DNA of 64,000 nt from an uncultured Mollicutes bacterium (GTDB taxonomy: Bacteria; Bacillota_I; Bacilli_A; ML615J-28; CAG-313): the NCBI GenBank assembly GCA_900538885.1, contig UQAI01000001.1, forward strand, positions 25,862-89,861, read 5' to 3'. Both the position numbers and the translations under genes were made by a program. Below the pieces are notes generated by a model, which did not search any database, was not told the origin of the DNA, and saw nothing but the letters and a program-made list of their open reading frames with translations. Below are positions 27,756 through 36,344 of the stretch, piece by piece. How positions within the stretch are numbered: the first letter of the stretch is position 1; every line of letters starts with the position of its first letter.

Positions 27756-29795
27756 ATGGAACTAATATTAGAAGCTTTAAATTACATAAACGCTGCTGAC
27801 TGCACCTACCAAGAATGGGTGCAGGTTGGCATGGCTTTAAAAGAAGAAGGCTATCCTGTATCGGTATGGGATAGCTGGTCCCGTAATGACACCAGATATC
27901 ATGAAGGCGAATGCAACAGCAAATGGGCTACATTCGGCGGTGGAGACATTAAAGGTGGAACCATCGTTCAAATGGCAAAAGACAGAGGCTTTGCAGTAAC
28001 TTCAGCTAAATCTGGTGTATTTGACTTTGATTACGAGATCAATGAAGCGGATAAATCATTACTAGCAGGTACAAACTCAGCTGGAATGTCTGGCATCAAT
28101 CAATTAATCAAATACCTAGAGACCTTATTCAAGCCAGATGAGTATGTTGGCTACGTGACAGATGATGTTTACCAAGATTCAGAAGGCAAGTTCAAACCTA
28201 GATACGGTATGTACAAATTCAAGCAAAAGGACATCATCGATAACCTTAAGTCGGCATTCGATATCCAAGATGCGGTAGGCGATTACAAACCAGAATGCGG
28301 TGCCTGGATTAGATATAATCCACTTGACGGTACAGGCATTAAGAATGAGAACGTCACCAGATTCGATTATGCGTTGGTTGAATGTGACGAGATACCAGTA
28401 GAAGACCAATATAAGGCTTATAAGAAGTTTAATCTTCCTATAGCTGCACTTGTCTCAAGCGGTGGTAAGTCGCTACATGCAATAGTTAAGGTCAATGCTC
28501 CTGATTACGATGAATACAAGAAACGTGTAGGCATACTTTATAACTATTTGACTGCTGGCGGATTGAAGCTAGATGTTGCAAATAAAAACCCATCAAGATT
28601 GTCACGAATGCCAGGTGTAACACGTAATGGTGTAGAACAAAAATTGCTAGCTACGAACATAGGTGCTGCTGACTGGAATGAGTGGCTATCTTATATGGAA
28701 GATCTAAACGATGAGCTATGCGACTTTGAATACATCAGTGATTTAATGGCTGATATGCCACCTTTGTCTCCAGAGCTTATTGGTGGCTTATTAAGAAGAG
28801 GTCACAAGATGATTGTATCAGGCGCATCTAAGGCAGGTAAGTCATTCTTCCTTTTGGAGCTAGCTATTGCGTTATCTGAAGGGCGTGAATTCTTAGGATT
28901 CAAGTGCCAAAAGAGCAATGTCCTTTATGTTAACTTTGAAATCGATAGAGCTTCATGCGCTGACCGTATTAAGAAGATATATGAAGCTTTAGGCATAGCA
29001 ACACCAACTCCGCATGCATTCTCAATCTGGAATCTTCGTGGTCATGCCATGCCACTAGATAAATTGGTCCCTAGATTAATCAAGCGTTGCAAGGACAAGG
29101 GCTTTGACTGCATTATCCTAGATCCGATTTATAAGATCATAACCGGCGATGAGAACAATGCTTCAGAAATGGGCTATTTCTGCAACCAATTTGACTTTAT
29201 TTGCGACGGAACAGGAGCATCGGTAATTTATGCCCATCACCATTCAAAAGGCGCACAGGGCGGAAAAACGGCCCAAGACAGGGCTTCTGGAAGCGGTGTG
29301 TTCGCTCGTGATCCTGATGCAATCATAGATATAGTTGAATTGGAGCTTGACGATGAAATCAAGAACACAGTGTTGGACAGCCCATTAGACACAGGCTGGC
29401 AATTGGAGTTCATCACTCGTGATTTCGCAGAGCCTAAACCACGCAAGATTTGGTTTAAGTATCCAATCCACGTAATCGATGATAAGGGCATATTGAATAA
29501 ATCATTCTCTAGAGGCGATCCTAAGGGCAACCTTAAGCAATATAAGGATGGTTCAGCATTGACCGATGAAGAGAAGCTACAAATGCTAAATGAAGCCCTA
29601 GACATAGTTGGAATGGGCACTCGTGAAGCTAAAGTAACTGAAATCGTTAAATACCTAGAAGATGATCCTGCTAAGCAAGAGAACCGTCGCAAGAAGATTT
29701 ATGAATGGGTTAAGAAGATATTCCCTGGAAAATTCGTGATTGATAGAGGCGTTCTAAAGGACTTCAAAGCCGATGATTCAGGAGGTGAAGATTAG
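27756..29795 (+). CDS. phage DNA primase/helicase (PriCT_2 + primase-polymerase + RecA-fold AAA_25 ATPase)
   Basis: N-terminal PriCT-2-like W..VG.AL...GY..W..WS region, Walker A GASKAGKS; AGGAGG RBS before ATG 27756. Confidence 0.7.
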   Translation: MELILEALNYINAADCTYQEWVQVGMALKEEGYPVSVWDSWSRNDTRYHEGECNSKWATFGGGDIKGGTIVQMAKDRGFAVTSAKSGVFDFDYEINEADKSLLAGTNSAGMSGINQLIKYLETLFKPDEYVGYVTDDVYQDSEGKFKPRYGMYKFKQKDIIDNLKSAFDIQDAVGDYKPECGAWIRYNPLDGTGIKNENVTRFDYALVECDEIPVEDQYKAYKKFNLPIAALVSSGGKSLHAIVKVNAPDYDEYKKRVGILYNYLTAGGLKLDVANKNPSRLSRMPGVTRNGVEQKLLATNIGAADWNEWLSYMEDLNDELCDFEYISDLMADMPPLSPELIGGLLRRGHKMIVSGASKAGKSFFLLELAIALSEGREFLGFKCQKSNVLYVNFEIDRASCADRIKKIYEALGIATPTPHAFSIWNLRGHAMPLDKLVPRLIKRCKDKGFDCIILDPIYKIITGDENNASEMGYFCNQFDFICDGTGASVIYAHHHSKGAQGGKTAQDRASGSGVFARDPDAIIDIVELELDDEIKNTVLDSPLDTGWQLEFITRDFAEPKPRKIWFKYPIHVIDDKGILNKSFSRGDPKGNLKQYKDGSALTDEEKLQMLNEALDIVGMGTREAKVTEIVKYLEDDPAKQENRRKKIYEWVKKIFPGKFVIDRGVLKDFKADDSGGED

Positions 29796-29799
29796 CATT

Positions 29800-29975
29800 T
29801 GTCTTCCCGTCCCGCCCGCCTATATATAGAAAAAGACAAGACAAAAAAATAGGACAAGGTAAAACGGCATATGCTCATAGCACTCCTGGCTTAAAACAGC
29901 CTGGAGTTGCTTATGACGCATAGCCTACTTTACCAGAAGCGAAAAGACAAAGAAAAAAAGATGCTAAGACAAATA
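29800..29975. repeat. intergenic region with GC-rich run (CCCGTCCCGCCCGCC) and AGACAA iteron-like repeats; candidate replication origin
   Basis: several AAGACAA/GGACAAGG copies and an imperfect hairpin seen in sequence. Confidence 0.3.
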
Positions 29976-30394
29976 TGAAAATATTCTTATTACTAGATCC
30001 ACCTACAGCAACGGCACAAATGAAGAAAATTGGAATAGCACATGGTAAGCCTTATGTGTATACACCTGAAAATGTGCAAGCCGCTAAAGATGAAATAATA
30101 AAGCACCTTAGACCATTCAAACCTTCAACACCATTTACTGGACCAGTTGAGTTGCATGTCATATGGAGATTTCCTAAGGGCAAACGTCACAAACATTACG
30201 AGTGGCGAATAACCAAGCCGGATACTGATAACTTGGAAAAGCTCCTAAAGGACTGCATGACATATCTCGGATTCTGGGAAGATGACGCACAGGTCGTTAA
30301 AGAAATAGCAGAGAAGATATGGTCTGATGAACCAACAGGAATATCCATTGAAATAAACGTATTAGACAAGTTCTATAAGGAGGAATCAACATGA
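29975..30394 (+). CDS. rusA: RusA-family Holliday junction resolvase
   Basis: 139 aa; KPDTDNLEKLLKDCMTYLGFWEDDAQV matches the RusA catalytic Asp region. Confidence 0.7.
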   Translation: MKIFLLLDPPTATAQMKKIGIAHGKPYVYTPENVQAAKDEIIKHLRPFKPSTPFTGPVELHVIWRFPKGKRHKHYEWRITKPDTDNLEKLLKDCMTYLGFWEDDAQVVKEIAEKIWSDEPTGISIEINVLDKFYKEEST

Positions 30395-30816
30395 CAGCTA
30401 AAGAATATCTAGAGCAAGTCGGAAAGCTTGAATATAAAATTAATGCCATGAAGCTTCGCTCTGATTACTATGAACAAATGAGCCATTCAATCCCTGGTCA
30501 GGATTTCACTAGGGAAAGAGTGCAAACGACTCCAAACTATGAAGCACCATTCGTTAAGTGGCTAATCAAGAAGGATGAAATTGATCGTGAGATTAAAAGA
30601 AAAGAGGAAAAACTAGCTAACCTTAAAGCTGAGATACTACTTCAAATAGAATCATGGGATAACGAAGACTATAAGAATGTCATTGTGATGAGATACTTAA
30701 AACGCTGGGGTTGGTCTAAGGTAGCTAAGCAATGTTTCTGCTCAATTGCATCCATTTACCGTTGGCATGATGCTGCTTTGGAATTAATCGTTGTACCTTC
30801 AAAAAATGATAGTTAA
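30391..30816 (+). CDS. phage late-gene transcriptional activator (ArpU/RinA/DUF1492-like, sigma-70 region 4-like)
   Basis: 141 aa, positioned just before HNH-TerS-TerL; C-terminal HTH-like YLKRWGWSKVAKQ. Confidence 0.45.
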   Translation: MTAKEYLEQVGKLEYKINAMKLRSDYYEQMSHSIPGQDFTRERVQTTPNYEAPFVKWLIKKDEIDREIKRKEEKLANLKAEILLQIESWDNEDYKNVIVMRYLKRWGWSKVAKQCFCSIASIYRWHDAALELIVVPSKNDS

Positions 30817-30956
30817 TGATAGTTCGTGATAGTAGCAGATAGTTTGAAAAATCGTCAAGGGTATGATATCATTATAATAGGCGAAAGCTTTAGAAAATCA
30901 GGTCAACAGAGTAACATCTGCTGGCCTTTTTTCATGCTCAAAAAGGAGGAGCAATT

Positions 30957-31307
30957 ATGCCAACAAAACCAAAGAAACCATGCGCATATCCTGGCTGTCC
31001 TAACCTAACCTTTGATGTTTATTGTGAAGAGCACGCTGCCTTAAGAAGAAAGCAGTACGACAAGTACAACAGGTCTCCAAACCACGATAAGAAGTATGGT
31101 AACAACTGGAGACGTATTAGAGGGCTTTATGTTAAGAAGCATCCGCTTTGTGAACGCTGCTTGGAAGAAGGAAGAATCACACCTGTTGAAGAGGTTCATC
31201 ATATCATACCTCTTTCTCGTGGAGGAACTAATCAGTTCAGTAATCTTATGTCGTTGTGTCAGAGTTGTCATACGAAGATTCATTACGAACTTGGCGATAG
31301 GAAATAG
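30957..31307 (+). CDS. HNH homing endonuclease (terminase-associated)
   Basis: CERC...HHIIPLSRGG...CQSCH HNH motif; adjacent to small terminase as in cos-type siphoviruses. Confidence 0.8.
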   Translation: MPTKPKKPCAYPGCPNLTFDVYCEEHAALRRKQYDKYNRSPNHDKKYGNNWRRIRGLYVKKHPLCERCLEEGRITPVEEVHHIIPLSRGGTNQFSNLMSLCQSCHTKIHYELGDRK

Positions 31308-31448
31308 GGGTAGGGGAGTCAAAATCTCTACAACTAAAAATAAGAAGACCGAGCCTGGGGTTTCGTGTGCAAAAATTGGAGTTCAAACGGGGTAATAGCC
31401 AAATGAACTCTTTTTAATTATTCAAAATTGAAAAAGGAGGATGATGTA

Positions 31449-31994
31449 ATGGCAAAAGATGGAACGATGCGTGGTGGTCCTAGACCAAATACAGGGCCAA
31501 AAAAGAAAGCCTTAGCTGATAAATTGCTCGAAGGAAAAGCAGAACTAGACAATGGCGCTGTGGTACTTCCTGAGCCAGTCGAAATTGAAGGTGTGGATAT
31601 GCCACCAATCAAGGACTTTTTAAAAGCAAAACAGAAAAACGGAAAAGATATGTGCGCTGAGGAAGTTTATAAAAGTACATACCTTTGGTTAAAAAAGAGA
31701 CATTGCGAAAAGCTGGTATCAACTCAGCTGCTAGAACAATATGCGATGTCAGTTTCTCGTTGGGTTCAATGTGAAGAAGCAATATCAGAATTTGGATTTT
31801 TAGCAAAGCATCCTACAACTGGAAATGCCATGCAAAGTCCATACGTGGCGATGAGCCAAAATTATATGAAACAGGTCAATCAGGTCTGGTTTCAAATTTA
31901 TCAAGTTGTGAAGGATAACTGCTCTTCTGATATAAGCGGTGCTAATCCTCAAGATGACTTGATGGAAAGATTGCTACAAGCAAGAAAGAGGTAA
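31449..31994 (+). CDS. phage terminase small subunit (P27-family-like)
   Basis: basic N-terminus GGPRPNTGPKKK, ~180 aa, upstream of the large terminase; start at ATG 31449 behind AAGGAGGA RBS. Confidence 0.6.
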   Translation: MAKDGTMRGGPRPNTGPKKKALADKLLEGKAELDNGAVVLPEPVEIEGVDMPPIKDFLKAKQKNGKDMCAEEVYKSTYLWLKKRHCEKLVSTQLLEQYAMSVSRWVQCEEAISEFGFLAKHPTTGNAMQSPYVAMSQNYMKQVNQVWFQIYQVVKDNCSSDISGANPQDDLMERLLQARKR

Positions 31995-32000
31995 TTAAAT

Positions 32001-32783
32001 ATGTTTGAAAAAGTAAATCCATGTCACCCAGATAAGGTGGCTGATAGAATTGCTGGTGCTTTAGTCGACTTAGCATACAAGCAAGAAGAAAACCCAAGAA
32101 TTGCAGTTGAAGTTTTAATTGGTCATGGCAAGTGTCATATCATTGCAGAAACTTCCGCATTCCTTGATATAAATGATATTTCAAAAGCGGTTCATAGAAT
32201 TGCTGGAGATATTCAAGTTGACTGTGTAATTGTGCCTCAAGATAGACACTTATCTGATAACCAAGAGGGCGCAATTAGATGTGGTGATAATGGTATCTTC
32301 AAAGGAGTACCATTAACAAAAGAACAAAAAGAACTAACACAAATTGCACATAAAATATTTGCTGCTTATTCTTGTGATGGAAAATATATCTTAAATGGCG
32401 ATAGGTTAATCATCTGCCAAAGTAATGCTACAACTGAAGAATTAAAGAAAGAGTATCCAAATTCAGAGATTAATCCATTAGGTTATTGGACAGGAGGAAC
32501 TGATGTCGATACTGGTGCAACCAATAGAAAACTAGGTTCTGATATGGCTGATTCAGTAACTGGTGGTGGACTTCATGGAAAAGATCTATCCAAAGCAGAT
32601 GTCAGTGTAAATATCTACGCTTGGTTAAAAGCTCAAGAGACAGGGGTTCCAGTTGAACTTTGCTGTGCTATTGGTGATGAGTACATTGACAATAGGCCAT
32701 ATGAAGAAATCGTAGCTATTGCACGTGAGTTTATCTTTGACTTAGGAGGATTTGAAAAATTCGCTGAATGGGGGTTGGTATAA
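32001..32783 (+). CDS. minimised S-adenosylmethionine synthetase (MetK) homologue, 260 aa
   Basis: N-terminal CHPDKVADRIAGALVD (MetK GHPDKIADQISDAVLD), GDNGIF (MetK GDQGLMFGY), GGGLHGKDLSKADVS (MetK GGGAFSGKDPSKVDRS); about 120 aa shorter than bacterial MetK. Confidence 0.6.
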   Translation: MFEKVNPCHPDKVADRIAGALVDLAYKQEENPRIAVEVLIGHGKCHIIAETSAFLDINDISKAVHRIAGDIQVDCVIVPQDRHLSDNQEGAIRCGDNGIFKGVPLTKEQKELTQIAHKIFAAYSCDGKYILNGDRLIICQSNATTEELKKEYPNSEINPLGYWTGGTDVDTGATNRKLGSDMADSVTGGGLHGKDLSKADVSVNIYAWLKAQETGVPVELCCAIGDEYIDNRPYEEIVAIAREFIFDLGGFEKFAEWGLV

Positions 32784-34072
32784 TGAAGACTACAACTGAA
32801 ATGACTTTGATTTCTATTGATAAGCTCATCCCTTATATAAACAATGCACGCACACATAGTCCTGAGCAAATAACAAAACTAAGGTCATCTCTTCGTGAGT
32901 TTGGATTTGTAAATCCTGTATTAATTGATAGGAACTATAATATCATCGCTGGTCATGGAAGATATGAAGCTGCTAAAGCAGAAGGCTATAGTGAGGTTCC
33001 ATGTGTATATGTAGACCATTTATCTGAAGCTCAAAAGAAAGCATACATCATTGCTGATAACCGAATGGCAATGGATGCTGGATGGGATGAAGAATTATTA
33101 AAAGTTGAATTAGAGGCTCTCGAAGGAGAGTCTTTTGATTTATCTCTTACTGGTTTTGATGAAGACGAACTTGCAGATCTTTTTAAATCCGATGAAGCAC
33201 CTATTGAAGATGATGATTACGATTTAACTGAAGCATTAGAAAAGGCAGCATTCGTTGAAAGAGGCGATCGTTGGATAGTAGGAAGACACGTTCTTTATTG
33301 TGGTGATGCTACAAATAAAGATGATGTTGATAAATTAATGGATGGTAAAAGAGCAAACCTAGTTCTTACCGATCCACCCTACGGTGTTTCATTTAAGTCA
33401 AGTTCTGGCTTAACTATTAAAAATGACTCAATGAAGAATGATGAGTTCTACAACTTCTTAAAATCTGCCTTTGATAATATGGTGGCTCACTGTGAGAAAG
33501 GGGCTGCTGGATATGTATTCCACGCTGATACAGAAGGCTTGAACTTTAGAAAAGCATTCATTGATTCTGGTTTTCATCTTGCAGGATGTTGCATCTGGGT
33601 TAAAGATAGCTTGGTTTTAGGACGTTCAGATTATCAATGGCAACATGAACCTGTGCTTTATGGATTTTTACAAAACGGAAAACATAACTGGTATTCAGAT
33701 AGAAAACAAACAACTATCTGGAACTTCAAAAAGCCAAAGAGAAATGAAAATCATCCTACTTCAAAACCTCTAGACCTTTTATCTTATCCTCTTCAAAACA
33801 GCACAAGAGAGAATGCTATTGTTATTGATACATTTGGTGGTTCTGGTTCAACTCTTATGGCTTGCGAACTATCAAATAGAATCTGCTACACAATGGAACT
33901 TGATGAAAAGTACGCATCAGTAATCCTTAGACGTTACGTTGATAATGGAGGAGATCCTTCAGAAGTTTACTGTTTTAGAAATGGTGAAAAAGTAATGTAC
34001 GCTGATGTAGCTAAGGAAGTTGAAAAAAGAGATGGGAACCTTGAAGAAACACCATCAAATGACTTGATATAA
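32783..34072 (+). CDS. ParB-like nuclease domain fused to N6/N4 DNA methyltransferase (orphan phage methylase)
   Basis: N-terminal ParB/Srx GHGRYEAA region; methylase motif IV LTDPPYG and motif I FGGSGST. Confidence 0.8.
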   Translation: MKTTTEMTLISIDKLIPYINNARTHSPEQITKLRSSLREFGFVNPVLIDRNYNIIAGHGRYEAAKAEGYSEVPCVYVDHLSEAQKKAYIIADNRMAMDAGWDEELLKVELEALEGESFDLSLTGFDEDELADLFKSDEAPIEDDDYDLTEALEKAAFVERGDRWIVGRHVLYCGDATNKDDVDKLMDGKRANLVLTDPPYGVSFKSSSGLTIKNDSMKNDEFYNFLKSAFDNMVAHCEKGAAGYVFHADTEGLNFRKAFIDSGFHLAGCCIWVKDSLVLGRSDYQWQHEPVLYGFLQNGKHNWYSDRKQTTIWNFKKPKRNENHPTSKPLDLLSYPLQNSTRENAIVIDTFGGSGSTLMACELSNRICYTMELDEKYASVILRRYVDNGGDPSEVYCFRNGEKVMYADVAKEVEKRDGNLEETPSNDLI

Positions 34073-34120
34073 ATCGCCTTTAGAGTGATATATACATAGC
34101 ACAGAAGGAGGTTTATAAAT

Positions 34121-34330
34121 ATGACGAAAGTTGAATCATTAAGACTTGAACTTGAAAGAATTTGTAATGAAACTCAAACCAGATTATCTGGAATGCAAAA
34201 GCTAGTGGAGTACTACATCAGCTCACTTGGTTGGTCTGAAGAAAAAGCACTCCAATATGCACTTGCATTATTTCATAATGGCACAGTTACACAAATCAAA
34301 TTATTAGGAAAAGATGGTGAGGAACTATGA
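34121..34330 (+). CDS. hypothetical small protein
   Basis: 69 aa ORF, translationally coupled to the next ORF. Confidence 0.35.
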   Translation: MTKVESLRLELERICNETQTRLSGMQKLVEYYISSLGWSEEKALQYALALFHNGTVTQIKLLGKDGEEL

Positions 34331-34542
34331 GAAAAGCTGAACTTGAATCATTGAGAGTCCAATATCCAAAAGGTACTCGAGTAGAATTAGTGAAGATGGA
34401 TGATGTCCAAGCACCACCTGTTGGAACTAAAGGAACAGTAATTGGAGTTGATGACATTGGATCAATTATGGTTAATTGGGATAATGGAAGTTCACTCAAT
34501 GTTGTTTATGGTGAAGATGTTGTGAAGGTTCTAAAAGACTAG
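34327..34542 (+). CDS. hypothetical small protein (DUF4314-like)
   Basis: 71 aa beta-rich ORF. Confidence 0.35.
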   Translation: MRKAELESLRVQYPKGTRVELVKMDDVQAPPVGTKGTVIGVDDIGSIMVNWDNGSSLNVVYGEDVVKVLKD

Positions 34543-34669
34543 AGTTTATATATCAAAGATATATAAAAATAGTTAAAAAATATACACAAAATGACTTGCT
34601 ATTATGTCCTTTTAGAGTGATATATATACACGACGAAGGGAAGAAAAAACCTTCAAGGAGGACAAAGAA

Positions 34670-35629
34670 ATGAAGAACACAGAAAACCAAATCAACAATA
34701 TGAAACAACAAACCATCGGAGTAGAAATTGAAATGAATTCAATTACAAGACAAAAGGCAGCAAGATTAGTTGCTGAGCACTTCGGAACAACAGCCTGGAA
34801 CGCAGCAAGTGAATACGGATATTGCAGTTGGGCTTGCAAGGACCAACAAGGTAGAGTTTGGAAATTTCAAAAGGATGTATCAATTGCAGGACCAGACGAT
34901 GAAAAATGCGAACTTGTAACACCAATCCTTACTTACAGCGACATTGAAGATTTACAAGAGATTGTTAGAATCCTTAGAAAAGCAGGAGCAAAAAGCGATG
35001 CTTCAAGAATGTGTGGAGTTCACATTCACATTGGTGCAAAAGGACATACACCAAAAACAATGAGAAACCTTACAAACATTATGGCAAGCCACGAAGACCT
35101 TCTTGCAGAAGCCTTGGATTTAGATAGAAACAGAATTTCAAGATACTGCAGAACAGTTGATCCAAGATTCCTTAAGGAAGTCAACAAGAAGAAACCTCAA
35201 ACAATGAGCCAATTTGCAGACGTTTGGTACAAAAGCCAAGGCGAAGATTATGCAAGAAGCCACCATTACAATGGTTCAAGATACCACATGCTTAACTTCC
35301 ACGCTACCTTCACAAAAGGAACAATTGAATTCAGATTATTCCAATTTGATGAACCAAAGGATGGAAAAGCAAACGGACTTCACGCAGGACAACTTAAGAG
35401 CTACATTCAATTATGCTTAGCCCTTAGCCAACTTGCAAAGGATGCAAAAAGCGCATCAGCAAAACCTCAACAACATGAAAATCCAAAATACGCAATGAGA
35501 ACTTGGTTATTAAGATTAGGTTTCATTGGCGAGGAATTCAAGACAGCAAGAGACTTCTTAACAAGAAGACTTAGCGGTGACTGCAGTTTCAGAAGTGGGG
35601 TAAGACCTGCTTCTCAAGCAGCAATGTAG
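34670..35629 (+). CDS. amidoligase (glutamine-synthetase-like fold, Amidoligase_2 family)
   Basis: N-terminal IGVEIEM acidic strand and CGVHIHIG histidine motif characteristic of phage amidoligases. Confidence 0.55.
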   Translation: MKNTENQINNMKQQTIGVEIEMNSITRQKAARLVAEHFGTTAWNAASEYGYCSWACKDQQGRVWKFQKDVSIAGPDDEKCELVTPILTYSDIEDLQEIVRILRKAGAKSDASRMCGVHIHIGAKGHTPKTMRNLTNIMASHEDLLAEALDLDRNRISRYCRTVDPRFLKEVNKKKPQTMSQFADVWYKSQGEDYARSHHYNGSRYHMLNFHATFTKGTIEFRLFQFDEPKDGKANGLHAGQLKSYIQLCLALSQLAKDAKSASAKPQQHENPKYAMRTWLLRLGFIGEEFKTARDFLTRRLSGDCSFRSGVRPASQAAM

Positions 35630-35639
35630 GGAGGTGAGA

Positions 35640-36116
35640 ATGATGAGCAAATATTATTTAGCATATGGAAGTAACCTTAACATTAGACAAATGGCTTATA
35701 GATGCCCAACCGCCATTCCAGTAGGCATAGCAGTAATAAAGAACTATCGCTTGAAATTTAAAGGTAGCAAAACTGGTTCATACCTAACAATCGAAAAAGC
35801 AAAAGGGTATGAAGTTCCTGTAGCTGTATGGAAAGTTGAAGATGATGATGAACTTCATCTAGATTGCTATGAGGGTTATCCTACCTTTTACTACAAGAAG
35901 GAAATCGAGATAGATTTCATTAGCATCAAAAGAAAATTACCGCATCACGCTAAAGCATTTGTATACATAATGCATGAAGATAGAAAACTAGGAATACCAA
36001 CAAAGCGTTATATTGATGTTTGTTTAGAAGGATATAAAGCATTTGGTTTTAACCCAGTAAGATTATTTGAAGCCATTAATTTATCAAAGGAGGATGTCAA
36101 AAATGGAAACAACTAA
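35640..36116 (+). CDS. gamma-glutamyl cyclotransferase (GGCT/AIG2-like)
   Basis: YLAYGSNL N-terminal signature of GGCT/AIG2 proteins; GGGAGG RBS. Confidence 0.6.
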   Translation: MMSKYYLAYGSNLNIRQMAYRCPTAIPVGIAVIKNYRLKFKGSKTGSYLTIEKAKGYEVPVAVWKVEDDDELHLDCYEGYPTFYYKKEIEIDFISIKRKLPHHAKAFVYIMHEDRKLGIPTKRYIDVCLEGYKAFGFNPVRLFEAINLSKEDVKNGNN

Positions 36117-36291
36117 GATTTGTCCTAAATGTGGAAAAACTTATCGAGGACACCCTGCAATATCAAGGGTAGATAACGAAACGCCAATATGCCCAGAATG
36201 CGGAACAAGAGAGGCTCTTGAAGGACTAGGAATACCGCCTGAGGAAATTGAAAATATCATTCATACAATTCCAAAAGTTGAAGATAAATAA
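36103..36291 (+). CDS. small zinc-ribbon protein (two CxxC pairs)
   Basis: CPKCGK...CPECG; AAGGAGG RBS 8 nt upstream of ATG 36103. Confidence 0.4.
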   Translation: METTKICPKCGKTYRGHPAISRVDNETPICPECGTREALEGLGIPPEEIENIIHTIPKVEDK

Positions 36292-36344
36292 AATGTTGAA
36301 GTCGGCTACGGTCGGCTTTTTCTTATGACAAGGAGGAGGAATTT

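Noticed and set aside
30826-31395. Overlapping ORFs 30826..31008 (+), 31041..31322 (-) and 31096..31395 (+) around the HNH gene
   Set aside because: They overlap the well-supported HNH endonuclease ORF (clear HNH motif) in alternative frames and have no independent support.
35214-35420. 68-aa plus-strand ORF nested in an alternative frame inside the amidoligase gene
   Set aside because: Completely contained within a gene with clear family motifs. No RBS. Likely spurious.
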